Below, piece by piece: positions 23,950 through 32,320 of a DNA stretch of 41,029 nt. The notes beneath the pieces are model-generated. The model was not told where the DNA came from. It ran no database searches and worked only from the letters and a program-made list of their open reading frames with translations. Source of the stretch: a virus. The position numbers were made by a program, and so were the translations under genes. The stretch lies in IMG/VR virus record IMGVR_UViG_3300045988_017677. One strand, given 5' to 3'. The number at the start of each line of letters is the position of its first letter. Within the stretch, counting starts at the first letter, position 1.

Positions 23950-24334
23950 CCATGTCCTCCATCTCCCGGATAAACAATACTGTCCGTGGGTTATCCTTGT
24001 CGTACAGCACCCGACTCCCGTCGTGGCTAACGATAATGCCGCTGTGGTCGTCCTTGAGTACACCGGCCCTCACCAGCACATCGTCGATGGATTCCAGCAG
24101 ATTTGTCAAATCCACTCGCCTCCGGGTAGGCATATAAAACAGGCATTTGACCTCCACAGGCTCCTCAATGGGACGCTGCACTCTGGCCCTTTTGCAGTGC
24201 CATACAGCTTCCGCCTCGTAGTCCTGGTACTGCTTGGACGGCATGATAAACGGCTTCCCCGTTTTGCTGCTATGCATGATCCGCATATGGTTTTTCTTTG
24301 TGACGGGTGCCAGCGGCACCGTGATCTCAATCAT
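23921..24334 (-). CDS. rusA: RusA-family Holliday junction resolvase
   Basis: 137 aa. Motifs: PVTKKNHMRI..., YMPTRRRVDLTNLLESIDDVLVRAGVLKDD. Confidence 0.85.
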   Translation of the reverse strand: MIEITVPLAPVTKKNHMRIMHSSKTGKPFIMPSKQYQDYEAEAVWHCKRARVQRPIEEPVEVKCLFYMPTRRRVDLTNLLESIDDVLVRAGVLKDDHSGIIVSHDGSRVLYDKDNPRTVLFIREMEDMDATTRDARM

Positions 24335-24518
24335 CGTCTCCCTCCCCTATTGGTACGGCCACATACTTGGGCCGTCCTTTGGTACGCTTGCCGCCGTACA
24401 CAGCCCGGTAGATCGTCCGCCAGCTGACGCCGCAAATGTTGGCCAGCTCGATGATAGATTCCGAAACGGCATCCGGAAGCTCGTACTTGTCGCGGCTCAC
24501 TCGCATGTATACCGTCAT
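24327..24518 (-). CDS. Small HTH protein
   Basis: 63 aa with SD GGAGTGAGG. The HTH-like segment is IIELANICGVSWRTIYRAV. Confidence 0.6.
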   Translation of the reverse strand: MTVYMRVSRDKYELPDAVSESIIELANICGVSWRTIYRAVYGGKRTKGRPKYVAVPIGEGDDD

Positions 24519-24519
24519 C

Positions 24520-25596
24520 TCAATACCTCACTCCGATGTAGTCCAATACTCTGGCGTAGCCAAGCCCCTTTTCAGTTGGCTTCCACAGGCCGTCCACAGG
24601 GTCATACGCCCCACCGCCAATGCAAAATTCGTAGTGCTTCGGATGCGTATGTTTCATCCTCTCAAAACGATTCTCGCCTTTTTCCAGGTGTGCCCCAAAT
24701 GCGCAGAACATACAGCCCGATCGCTGACATCCCGTACAGTGTAGCGGGCATTCCGTCAGCGTCGCATCGTAGTCGTTCTCGCCATCGCTTGCTACGATTT
24801 CGCCGTACACGCTGGCATATGGGATTCGATTGCCCACAATATACCGCAGCACATCCTGCTCCGTCCAAAAGCTCATCGGCTTGCCCATCGGCCTCTTGCC
24901 CTCAAAGGCATTGCAGCCTGTGCGTTGCCATTTCAGCATGCGCAGCCGACTTTCTTCCGCCATCAACGCTGTCATGGGGTGGAGCCCTGTTTTGGCCTCG
25001 AACTTGTGCATGGGCCCCTTTTTCATCACCTTGCAGCATGAATCCGACACGAGAAACGGCGCATGAACTAAACCCCCCCACTTTTCGCAGTTGTACGGGG
25101 ATTTTTCTCCATTTTTATCGAGGTATTCCCCGCGTAAACGCTGTGCCGATTTCCCATCTGGATTAATTCGAGCATTTCCTACATACGCGGCCACCTCTTT
25201 GCTCACGATGCTGTACCCGTACTTCGTCACCACCTGTCGAATGTTCATCTTTGGGCGCAGGCGAAAAAGGTTTACGTTCACGCGGTGGAACTCCCTCCTT
25301 AGCCAGTCAGCGCACTCATTGACGAACTTCTGTATCTCTGGATATTCCAGCCCCGTGTTCGCAAACGCCAAGTTCAGCTCCCACGGCGGTGTCCTGAAGC
25401 TCGACAGGTACAACGCCGCCAAATACGCCAGCACCGTGCTGTCCTTTCCACCGGAGAAACTGACGTAACACTGTCCGCCCCACGCGGTGTACCACTCATC
25501 CAGTTTCTCAACGCTGGTGATGACCTTGTCATCCAAATCAAGGGATAGCAATTTCTTGGCAGCCTCGTTCGTCAACGGTGTGTTAAACCGTTCCAT
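24520..25596 (-). CDS. PAPS-reductase-family PP-loop enzyme with C-terminal Cys cluster (DndC-like)
   Basis: 358 aa from the ATG at 25596 with SD GGAGGTG. The PP-loop is YVSFSGGKDSTV, and the C-terminal cluster is CPLHCTGCQRSGCMFCAFG. Confidence 0.8.
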   Translation of the reverse strand: MERFNTPLTNEAAKKLLSLDLDDKVITSVEKLDEWYTAWGGQCYVSFSGGKDSTVLAYLAALYLSSFRTPPWELNLAFANTGLEYPEIQKFVNECADWLRREFHRVNVNLFRLRPKMNIRQVVTKYGYSIVSKEVAAYVGNARINPDGKSAQRLRGEYLDKNGEKSPYNCEKWGGLVHAPFLVSDSCCKVMKKGPMHKFEAKTGLHPMTALMAEESRLRMLKWQRTGCNAFEGKRPMGKPMSFWTEQDVLRYIVGNRIPYASVYGEIVASDGENDYDATLTECPLHCTGCQRSGCMFCAFGAHLEKGENRFERMKHTHPKHYEFCIGGGAYDPVDGLWKPTEKGLGYARVLDYIGVRY

Positions 25597-25879
25597 CTCC
25601 CGCCACCTCCATCTGCCCATCCACCTGCATGGCCTTTGCAAGCCTGCTGCAGGTGTCCAGCTCGTCCAGGGCCCGCTTGCGGTACATAGCAAGTAAGGCT
25701 TGCTTTTCTTCCTCCGTTTCCGCCAGCTTGTACCCGCCGTCTTTCAGCGCAACAATGGGCACCCCCTGCCGCCGCTGGGCTCGGATCATTCGCCGGTTCT
25801 CTCTGTCCGGCATCCCGGTGAGCGCTTCAAGGTTTTTCCGGGTGTATGTAATGCCGGGAATCATGCGTAATGTGGTCAT
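25583..25879 (-). CDS. Hypothetical protein (possible winged-helix)
   Basis: 98 aa with SD GGAGGAA. Motif RRMIRAQRRQGVPIVALKDGGYKL. Confidence 0.55.
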   Translation of the reverse strand: MTTLRMIPGITYTRKNLEALTGMPDRENRRMIRAQRRQGVPIVALKDGGYKLAETEEEKQALLAMYRKRALDELDTCSRLAKAMQVDGQMEVAGDGTV

Positions 25880-25880
25880 G

Positions 25881-26543
25881 TCATTCCTCCAATCCGCCCC
25901 ACTGCTCAGCCATCGCCTTTGCGACAGAGGGGAATGTCTTGGAGCGTTCCTTGGGCGTTCTCCGCCCTTTGTTCTCCCATTCCCCAGGTCTGGCCGCTCT
26001 ACCGTGCGGAGTAGTTTCCACCCATTTCCCAGTTGGCACTACGCAATTCGTGGCCATCAGCAATGGTAAGTTTTTGAGCCATAAGCATGTTCTTTTTAGC
26101 CAGGCATCCCCGAACATATATGGTTGTATAATCTGGGAGTATGGCGGGAGACCGTGAATTTTGCCCGGGACCGGGTTTTCAACAGCAATTCTCGGAATTT
26201 CGGCATCCAGCATCTCCATAAACATGGCCCTGGCTGCTTTCGCTTTTTCCATGCGTCCAGGCTGAATCTCACCGTTGACTCTAAGTCTGTTGGCTCCAGC
26301 ATTGCTGAGATAAGTACACGGTGGATGTGCAATCAGCAAATCCCATTTGCCCACATCATGCGTCTGTCCGTCCATCGTGGTCACTTGCCCCCCCTTGATA
26401 GCCACAAGGGCATCGCCTAAAATGTGCCACTCCGGGTGGTCGCCGGACGGCTCCTGTATGTCACAGCTATACGATTCATGGCCTTTTGCCCGAAACGCTT
26501 TGCATACCTCCTGCGATTCTTCGCAGGCAACCAAAACTTTCAT
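25881..26543 (-). CDS. Short C5-cytosine-methyltransferase-like protein lacking a canonical SAM motif I and TRD
   Basis: 220 aa from the ATG at 26543 (ATGA coupling). IAHPPCTYLSNAG resembles motif IV (PCQ) and IAVENPV resembles motif VI (ENV). The N-terminus VLVACEESQ replaces FxGxG. Confidence 0.6.
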   Translation of the reverse strand: MKVLVACEESQEVCKAFRAKGHESYSCDIQEPSGDHPEWHILGDALVAIKGGQVTTMDGQTHDVGKWDLLIAHPPCTYLSNAGANRLRVNGEIQPGRMEKAKAARAMFMEMLDAEIPRIAVENPVPGKIHGLPPYSQIIQPYMFGDAWLKRTCLWLKNLPLLMATNCVVPTGKWVETTPHGRAARPGEWENKGRRTPKERSKTFPSVAKAMAEQWGGLEE

Positions 26544-27208
26544 TTCAGCCTCCAATTCTGCTTTTTCCCGATGTTCAGCATATAATCCCTCGCCCTCTGG
26601 TTGATTCTGCTGCCGATGGCTTCATCCCAACTCAAAATGCGGTCAATGGTCAACTCCGTGGAGATGATAGTGATTGCATCCGGGTCAATATACCGGGCAT
26701 TCAGCAGGTCAAAGGCGATGTTTTTGTCGGCATCCGTAACGCCGCCCTTTAGAAAATCATCGATATACAGCGCACGGACGGTTTTCAGCGGGTGCATGGC
26801 TTCGGCGTATGCTTCCGCATCGTTTACTTTTGCCTTGATTGCCGGAATATCTCCCCGCCATTGCACATACCGCACAGGGATTCCTCCGTCCATCAGTTTG
26901 GCGCAAATTGCCGTACACAGGTGCGTTTTCCCAGTACCGGGAGAGCCGCCGACGAAAAACCACTTGCCCTTCCAGTCGGTCAAATACTTCTCCGCCGCCT
27001 GCTTTGCAGCCTGTTGCCAATACTCCCGCGATTGGAATGCCTCGAATGTGCAGCTGTCCAGCAAACCGGCCAGACCGGAACGCTCCATGCGCAGCCTGTT
27101 TTGCCGGATGATCTCGCATTTGCAGGTTCTGCTCACCAGTTCGCCGCTTTCGGTGCGGCGGACGATGTAGCCCAGCCCGCCGCAGATGTCACAGCCATGT
27201 TCCGACAT
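26540..27208 (-). CDS. DnaC/IstB-like AAA+ helicase loader
   Basis: 222 aa with SD AAGGAGG. It has an N-terminal zinc-ribbon (CDICGG...CKC), Walker A GGSPGTGKTHL and Walker B LYIDDF. Confidence 0.85.
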   Translation of the reverse strand: MSEHGCDICGGLGYIVRRTESGELVSRTCKCEIIRQNRLRMERSGLAGLLDSCTFEAFQSREYWQQAAKQAAEKYLTDWKGKWFFVGGSPGTGKTHLCTAICAKLMDGGIPVRYVQWRGDIPAIKAKVNDAEAYAEAMHPLKTVRALYIDDFLKGGVTDADKNIAFDLLNARYIDPDAITIISTELTIDRILSWDEAIGSRINQRARDYMLNIGKKQNWRLK

Positions 27209-27821
27209 GGTAATCCTCCTTCGTTGGTTGCGCTCCAGCCTCCGTCAGCACATCATCCCATCGGCCTTGATTCAGCCATGTGGCTGGGTTTGGGATGTAT
27301 TGGCCGTTATCCTTGCGCCACTGTTCGCTGTTTTTCTGACTGTTGACGGCATCGATAAGCGTTTTAACCGGCACAGAAACCTTGGAAAATGCTTTCTTTG
27401 CGGCCTGCTTTCCGACTTTTCGGGGATATTCCGCCCAAAACGATTCAAACGGCGACGCGCTATTGTCTTTGTCTTTGTCTTTGTCTTTGTCTTTGTCTTT
27501 GTCTTTGCTTGTTTTGCTTGGCAAATCTGGCATTTGCTTGTTTTGCTTGGCAAATCTGGCATTTGCTTGTTTTGCTTCTGCGCCCTTTCTTCCGGCTTCG
27601 CTTCGTGCGTCGGATAAACTATCCATTGCGAAGTTGTCTCGATCTATCTGCGCCCGCATCATCGGGAATAAAAACCGTTCGTTCCCGCCGAGCTGCGGGG
27701 CTTCGCCCGTCCTTGCATAAACCAACAAGGAAGTGAAAAGCCGCCCCCTCTCTGCGTCACCGAGCGGTTCTATCGCATCTAAGTAATCGATAAACAGCTT
27801 GATGTATGTCATATCCGCCAT
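27189..27821 (-). CDS. Replication organizer/initiator-like protein
   Basis: 210 aa. The N-terminal domain is MTYIKLFIDYLDAIEPLGDAERGRLF.... The C-terminal motif is FWAEYPRKVGKQAAKKAF...YIPNPATWLNQGRWDD. The linker contains a (KD)7 run. Confidence 0.7.
   Translation of the reverse strand: MADMTYIKLFIDYLDAIEPLGDAERGRLFTSLLVYARTGEAPQLGGNERFLFPMMRAQIDRDNFAMDSLSDARSEAGRKGAEAKQANARFAKQNKQMPDLPSKTSKDKDKDKDKDKDKDNSASPFESFWAEYPRKVGKQAAKKAFSKVSVPVKTLIDAVNSQKNSEQWRKDNGQYIPNPATWLNQGRWDDVLTEAGAQPTKEDYHVGTWL
27465..27577. repeat. Two adjacent tandem repeats inside the replication-organizer linker
   Basis: gtcttt occurs 7 times (27465-27506). A 29-nt unit tttgcttgttttgcttggcaaatctggca occurs 2.6 times (27504-27577). 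Confidence 0.95.
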
Positions 27822-27825
27822 GCAC

Positions 27826-27999
27826 TTACTCCTTGCGCGGAAGTAGGCAAATACCGATTCCGTGATCCGTAAAAATGCAGGCTAACTGCAATGCATCCTC
27901 CTCCGAAAGATCATCAATTCGTAAAACATTGTTAGTAAGAGAATCGGAAAGTGCGTCTCGGAGGCCATCGGCATCGTAGATAATCGCGTCAAATGTCAT
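27826..27999 (-). CDS. Small acidic hypothetical protein (57 aa, below the track cutoff)
   Basis: Hand translation gives MTFDAIIYDADGLRDALSDSLTNNVLRIDDLSEEDALQLACIFTDHGIGICLLPRKE. SD GGAGGTG is present, and the ORF fills the gap between ssb and the organizer gene. Confidence 0.5.
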   Translation of the reverse strand: MTFDAIIYDADGLRDALSDSLTNNVLRIDDLSEEDALQLACIFTDHGIGICLLPRKE

Positions 28000-28015
28000 C
28001 CATCGTCACCTCCAA

Positions 28016-28393
28016 TTAGAACGGCAAATCGCCGTCGTCCTCGGAAATCTCCGTGAAGGTCTGCGTAGGCTTCTGCGTAGCGTCCTTGCTGCCGCAGAAA
28101 TGCACCTTGTCGGCGGTCAGCTCCACCACGGAGCGCTTGTTTCCGGCCTTGTCCTCATAGTCCCGGCTGGAGAGCCTGCCCTCCACGATGATCTCCTTGC
28201 CTTTGGTAAAGTGGGTGCAGATCAGCTCTGCCGTTCCCTGCCATGCCACACAGGGGAGGAACAGTTTTGTTTCTCTGTCCTTTACCTTCTCGCTCCACGC
28301 CACGCGAAAGCTGCACACCGTTGTCCCGTTCTGCGTGGCTCTGCGTTCGGGGTCAGAGCAAAGCCGCCCCTGCAAAATCATTCTGTTTACCAT
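28016..28393 (-). CDS. ssb: Single-stranded DNA-binding protein
   Basis: 125 aa. OB-fold N-terminus MVNRMILQGRLCSDPERRATQNGTTVCSFRVAW and an acidic tail ending DDGDLPF. Confidence 0.95.
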   Translation of the reverse strand: MVNRMILQGRLCSDPERRATQNGTTVCSFRVAWSEKVKDRETKLFLPCVAWQGTAELICTHFTKGKEIIVEGRLSSRDYEDKAGNKRSVVELTADKVHFCGSKDATQKPTQTFTEISEDDGDLPF

Positions 28394-28404
28394 CTTTTTC
28401 CTCC

Positions 28405-28695
28405 TTACAAATAGCTTTTTCCGAATTCTCGCCGGAAGTCATCTTCCGTCCAGCCCTGCTCCCGCATGGCCTTTAACTGACCATATCGGCGCAGCAGACG
28501 CATTTGATTTCCGTTGCGGTGTACGGATAGACTCCCATTTCTATGGCACCGATCGCCGCAGAGATACACCGCAAGGCCGTATTTCTCGCTTTTGTTGCGG
28601 TACGCGCCGCCGAAGATGTGGTGCCGCTCCAGCGGGTCACTTGCGCCATTTCTGCCGCACAGGAAACACCGTCTATCGTCAGTCACCTTTATCAC
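28405..28695 (-). CDS. HNH-like zinc-finger protein
   Basis: 96 aa with a GTG start. Motif CFLCGRNGASDPLERHHIFGG...LCGDRCH. Confidence 0.5.
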   Translation of the reverse strand: MIKVTDDRRCFLCGRNGASDPLERHHIFGGAYRNKSEKYGLAVYLCGDRCHRNGSLSVHRNGNQMRLLRRYGQLKAMREQGWTEDDFRREFGKSYL

Positions 28696-29239
28696 CCCCC
28701 AGAGGCTGGGCTTCGCCCCAGCGGGATTTCAGCGCGTCCAGCTCCTGCGGTGTCAGCGTCTCGATGTTTGACTCCCTGCAATCGGCAACTATCTGGTCAA
28801 TAAGGCGGCTCATCTGCTCCACATCGTAGGTGCTGGAGCCGTACCAGACGGTCACATTCACGCAGCCGGGAATTTTGCTCGGCCCTTGCTCGGCTATCCA
28901 GCCCGTTCCCTTGGATTCCCATTTTCGGCAGAACTCATCCGCCGCCTTTGATACAATGCACAGGACATCGCTTACGCCACCGATGATCTTGATTTCCTCC
29001 CGGTACACATCATTCCTCGGAATCCCATAGTGCGCCGCCAGCTTATCCATCAGCACCCACGCATACGCATTTGCATCCAGGCTCCTGCCCTTGCGCTTGA
29101 TCTTAGCTACATACTGCTTGTCTGGCTTAATCTCGTCACAGATGGTCATTGCAGAGGCGGGGGACTGTACCCTGAGGCACAGCCACGCCCCATCGCTGTC
29201 CTGCTGCCACCGGGCGGCATCAACGGTTACTTGCTGCAT
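28679..29239 (-). CDS. Hypothetical protein of the recombination module
   Basis: 186 aa from the ATG at 29239 with SD AGAGGAGG. The longer track start would overlap the exonuclease gene by 100 nt. Confidence 0.6.
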   Translation of the reverse strand: MQQVTVDAARWQQDSDGAWLCLRVQSPASAMTICDEIKPDKQYVAKIKRKGRSLDANAYAWVLMDKLAAHYGIPRNDVYREEIKIIGGVSDVLCIVSKAADEFCRKWESKGTGWIAEQGPSKIPGCVNVTVWYGSSTYDVEQMSRLIDQIVADCRESNIETLTPQELDALKSRWGEAQPLGGDKGD

Positions 29240-29814
29240 ATTACCTCCTCTGACTGCGGCCACTTCCCGTGCTTTAAGCATTTTGCCAAATATCGCAGGC
29301 GTGGGAGATACTGCAATTCTACCCACTCGCTGTCATACTCGACCTTGTGAGCGGAAAGCCTGTTCATGTCGATCGGAAGGAAAAAATTCTCATATTCCGC
29401 CGGTGTCATCCTATATGCGATGATTTGGCAGGCTTTCCGCTTTCTAAAGATTCCGCATCCGCTGGCGTACATCTCCACTTGACACTGCATCCAATATCCC
29501 TTGGTGAACTTAAAAACGGGCTTGCTGTGCGTTTTGACCTCGTGTATCATGTCGCGGGTTTCCCCGTCGTAATTAACACGCAGCCGCAAACGGCGCACTT
29601 TAATCTGCCTATCTCTCGTTTGGACATTCGCGGCATCCAGTATCTTGTGTTCGTATGCTGTCCCAGCCTGCATCTCCGCATTGGAAAAATGGCCTTGCCT
29701 AATACCAAGCTTTACAGCCCACCATCTGCGGAATGTTTCTGTGTCCCACGATCCCATAATCGTAGCCGTGTCCGACGCTCCAAACCATCCGCTCCTATCG
29801 TGGTTCCGTATCAT
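29227..29814 (-). CDS. YqaJ-like recombination exonuclease (PD-(D/E)xK)
   Basis: 195 aa. Motifs: WFGASDTATIMG, GTAYEHKIL, VNYDGETRDMIHEVKT. Confidence 0.75.
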   Translation of the reverse strand: MIRNHDRSGWFGASDTATIMGSWDTETFRRWWAVKLGIRQGHFSNAEMQAGTAYEHKILDAANVQTRDRQIKVRRLRLRVNYDGETRDMIHEVKTHSKPVFKFTKGYWMQCQVEMYASGCGIFRKRKACQIIAYRMTPAEYENFFLPIDMNRLSAHKVEYDSEWVELQYLPRLRYLAKCLKHGKWPQSEEVICSK

Positions 29815-30479
29815 AGTTTGCTGACCGCCTTTTCAAGCTTGTCAATCGTCGCGAAATATCCCATAAGGTTATTTAGCTGCTTGTCGCTAATGCCAACACT
29901 GGCCAGCAAATCTCGGTGGTCAAGGCCGTTCTTTTCCTTGATAGTGATGAGCCTTTCCAGCCGCTCTTTTATTGCCCAAATGCTATGGCGGCTCAAATCG
30001 TCCTCGCCATCGTCGGTATCTCCCTCTGCCCACAAGTCAAATCCAAGCCCCGTGCGGACGGCCACGCCCTTCACAAATGCTCTCGCCAGGGCATTGTTTA
30101 TGCGGAGCTGGTTCAGCGTATCGGTGTATACAACAAGCGATCCGTTCAGCAGCGGGGTGTCATAGGTGTATTCCATGCTGTCAATGTGGATCAGCACCCG
30201 CACAAACCAGCACTCGGTTTCCCGCCCCTTACTCGTGACTACTTTTGCCTGCGGCCAAAGATAGGTCTTTGTTTCCGGGCATTCAACGGGCGCATACCAA
30301 ACGGATTCCGCGCCGTTTTCGTGCAGCAGTTTCACGCACTTTGCCCAGCTCAGATAGGGGACTTTAATTATTTTCCCACTCTCGTCCTTTGCATCCCGCA
30401 CATCGCAGTAAGGACGCACATCCAATTTTACAAGTTCATCAAATGATTTAAGCATTCCTTTTCCTCCGTTATCGCTCAT
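29811..30479 (-). CDS. Rad52-like single-strand annealing protein (Sak / DUF1071-like)
   Basis: About 222 aa. The start is either ATG at 30479 (ATGA coupling) or ATG at 30455 (SD GGAGGAAAAGG). Motif KVPYLSWAKCVKLLHENGAESVWY. It is adjacent to the exonuclease gene. Confidence 0.6.
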   Translation of the reverse strand: MSDNGGKGMLKSFDELVKLDVRPYCDVRDAKDESGKIIKVPYLSWAKCVKLLHENGAESVWYAPVECPETKTYLWPQAKVVTSKGRETECWFVRVLIHIDSMEYTYDTPLLNGSLVVYTDTLNQLRINNALARAFVKGVAVRTGLGFDLWAEGDTDDGEDDLSRHSIWAIKERLERLITIKEKNGLDHRDLLASVGISDKQLNNLMGYFATIDKLEKAVSKL

Positions 30480-30670
30480 TCCCACGCCTCCTCGTAATAC
30501 TCCTCGTTATCGCTGACGCACTCGCCGCAAATCCAAATGTCCTTGTAGTGCAGAGCGGGGAAATCTGTAATGCGGCAGCCGCAGCAATCGCACACAGGCA
30601 TCCTCGCAAGCCTCCTGTCCTGCTCCTCTGCGTAGCACTCCGCGTCCCATACCGGATCAGATGTCCACAT
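30476..30670 (-). CDS. Small Cys-rich hypothetical protein
   Basis: 64 aa from the ATG at 30670, 9 nt after SD GGAGG. Cys motifs: CDCCGC...CGEC. Confidence 0.5.
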   Translation of the reverse strand: MWTSDPVWDAECYAEEQDRRLARMPVCDCCGCRITDFPALHYKDIWICGECVSDNEEYYEEAWE

Positions 30671-30953
30671 CGGATGCATCCTCCTTTTCCGGCTCCAGCT
30701 TCCACACATCCCGGGTGACCTTGGAAACCTGGGGGATATCCCCCGCATACAGGGCGTTCAGGAAATCGTCCTCACTGGTTCCGCACAGAACAAAGTGTGG
30801 CTCTGTGATGACCTTGTACCCGGAATATACGGTTGCCTTGTTGCTGCCGCTAACCAGATCGCCCACCTCGGCCACATTGCGCTCCGACCGCATAATTACC
30901 CGGACGCCGCACCTGTCAGCCACGATGGCGTAGTAATGTCTTTGCATCTTCAT
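30657..30953 (-). CDS. Hypothetical protein
   Basis: 98 aa from the ATG at 30953, with ATGA coupling and SD GGAGGTGGAGG. Confidence 0.55.
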   Translation of the reverse strand: MKMQRHYYAIVADRCGVRVIMRSERNVAEVGDLVSGSNKATVYSGYKVITEPHFVLCGTSEDDFLNALYAGDIPQVSKVTRDVWKLEPEKEDASDVDI

Positions 30954-31723
30954 TCCTCCACCTCCAAAATCTCGCCGTTTTGCAGCGCGTACCATGTATT
31001 TTCCTTGACGGCTTCTCCGTCCACCATTACGATTTTGGCATCGATGATGTTTCCGTCATCGTCACGCTCCGATACCACAAGCCAGTTGCCCACAGAGCCT
31101 CTTGCAAGGCTATCTTGTCCCCACGCAACGGCGATGCACTGCTTGCCAATCGCGGATGCTTTCCCATGACAGCCAGTCACAGCAGCCGTGCCACTCACAC
31201 CCGATGCGGCGGCGTTGCCACTCTCACCCGATGCGGCGGCGTTGCCATTCCAGCCCGATGCGGCGGCGTTGCCCCTCCAGCCCGATGCGGCGGCGTTGCC
31301 ACTCTCACCCGATGCGGCGGCGTTGCCCCTCCAGCCCGATGCGGCGGCGTTGCCCCTCACACCCGATGCGGCGGCGTTGCCACTCCAGACCGATGCGTTT
31401 TCCTCGGTTGCGCTCTCGCACTTGTCAATCACAAACCGCACACCGGCGTTGATAACACCTTTCAGCCCGATTTCTGCGCCAATCTTGATATGTTTGCCGC
31501 AAACCTTGCTGTCATAGCTGCTACGCTGTCCGTTGTCCTCAATCTCCACCTCGCAGTACCGGCTATCGCCAGGTCTATAGTAGCGTAGCGTGTCCAGCGG
31601 GTTCTCGCAGGCGTGGAATCCCTTTTTGCACAGAGCGGCGTTTTCCTCCTCGTACTCCTTACCTACTTCGTACTGAAATTCTCTACATTTCAGGTCTTTA
31701 TCAAATCCCTTGTATGCCTTCAT
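30950..31723 (-). CDS. DUF7666-like protein with nonapeptide (GNAAASGxx) repeats
   Basis: 257 aa. The N-terminus MKAYKGFDKDLKCREFQYEVGKEYEE...GFHACENPLDTLRYY is followed by 7-8 tandem 9-aa repeats. Confidence 0.7.
   Translation of the reverse strand: MKAYKGFDKDLKCREFQYEVGKEYEEENAALCKKGFHACENPLDTLRYYRPGDSRYCEVEIEDNGQRSSYDSKVCGKHIKIGAEIGLKGVINAGVRFVIDKCESATEENASVWSGNAAASGVRGNAAASGWRGNAAASGESGNAAASGWRGNAAASGWNGNAAASGESGNAAASGVSGTAAVTGCHGKASAIGKQCIAVAWGQDSLARGSVGNWLVVSERDDDGNIIDAKIVMVDGEAVKENTWYALQNGEILEVEE
31173..31400. repeat. 27-nt tandem repeat, 7 near-identical units plus degenerate flanks (coding)
   Basis: Units start at 31200, 31227, 31254, 31281, 31308, 31335 and 31362. A 20-nt core cccgatgcggcggcgttgcc is followed by 7 variable nt. 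Confidence 0.95.
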
Positions 31724-31742
31724 CGTCTTTCCCTCCTGTTAT

Positions 31743-31841
31743 TTACTTGCCTGGTCTATCCAGCTTGTCCACCAGCTTCACGAACATCCACGCCACCGTA
31801 GCCGCGCCGATGATGACCAGCATCAATGTGTAACCGTCCAT
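31743..31841 (-). CDS. Small single-TM protein (32 aa)
   Basis: MDGYTLMLVIIGAATVAWMFVKLVDKLDRPGK, with SD GGGAGGAG 6 nt upstream. Confidence 0.45.
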   Translation of the reverse strand: MDGYTLMLVIIGAATVAWMFVKLVDKLDRPGK

Positions 31842-31843
31842 GT

Positions 31844-32041
31844 TTACTCCTCCCGCTCCGCAATCCACTTGTCCAGCAGATTGGGGAAAATCTGAAACAC
31901 ACGCCGTTTCCCTCCGATAACGCACAGGCCAAAAGGATACACACCCTGTTCAATCCCGTTCGCCAGCGTGTCTTGTGAAATGCTCAGTCCATGCACCCGA
32001 AGATGCTCCATGCACTCTTGCAGCGACATCGTCTTAATCAT
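31844..32041 (-). CDS. Small HTH-like DNA-binding protein
   Basis: 65 aa from the ATG at 32041 with SD GGGGAGGAA. It is the second gene of the early operon. Confidence 0.55.
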   Translation of the reverse strand: MIKTMSLQECMEHLRVHGLSISQDTLANGIEQGVYPFGLCVIGGKRRVFQIFPNLLDKWIAEREE

Positions 32042-32072
32042 CGTTTCCTCCCCTAATTGAAAGATTACGCCA

Positions 32073-32273
32073 TTACTTCTCCTCTTTAAGCAGTTCGTCC
32101 ACTGTGATCTTGTAGTGCTTTGCGAGTTTCCTCCGCATTTTAGGATGCGGAACGCAAACGCCCTTCCGCCAGTTGGCGATGCTCTGCTGCGAAACATCAA
32201 GCTCCTTCGCCAACCTGTAACCGCTCTCGCCGTGTTCGGCCTGTAGCCGGATTAGGTTTTCTGCCAAACTCAA
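32073..32273 (-). CDS. Cro-like XRE-family HTH regulator
   Basis: 66 aa with a TTG start after SD AAAGGAGGAG. HTH segment YRLAKELDVSQQSIANWRKG. It is the first gene of the minus-strand early operon. Confidence 0.8.
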   Translation of the reverse strand: MSLAENLIRLQAEHGESGYRLAKELDVSQQSIANWRKGVCVPHPKMRRKLAKHYKITVDELLKEEK

Positions 32274-32291
32274 TATATCTCCTCCTTTCTG

Positions 32292-32320
32292 TTGCTCACC
32301 TCCCGCCCGCGTGGTAGAAT
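32292..32320 (+). promoter_or_regulatory. Sigma70-type promoter for the plus-strand membrane protein
   Basis: TTGCTC (32292-32297), a 17-nt spacer, then TAGAAT (32315-32320) preceded by an extended-10 TG (32312-32313). Confidence 0.55.

Noticed and set aside
31173-31400. The 27-nt array here, and the 6-nt and 29-nt arrays at 27465-27577, considered as CRISPR arrays.
   Set aside because: The units are contiguous with no unique spacers. They are in-frame coding sequence of clear genes, and no cas genes are present.
31102-31517. Plus-strand ORFs encoding MRRRC or PDAAALP repeats.
   Set aside because: They are the mirror image of the 27-nt tandem repeat in the minus-strand DUF7666-like gene. 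They have no start context.
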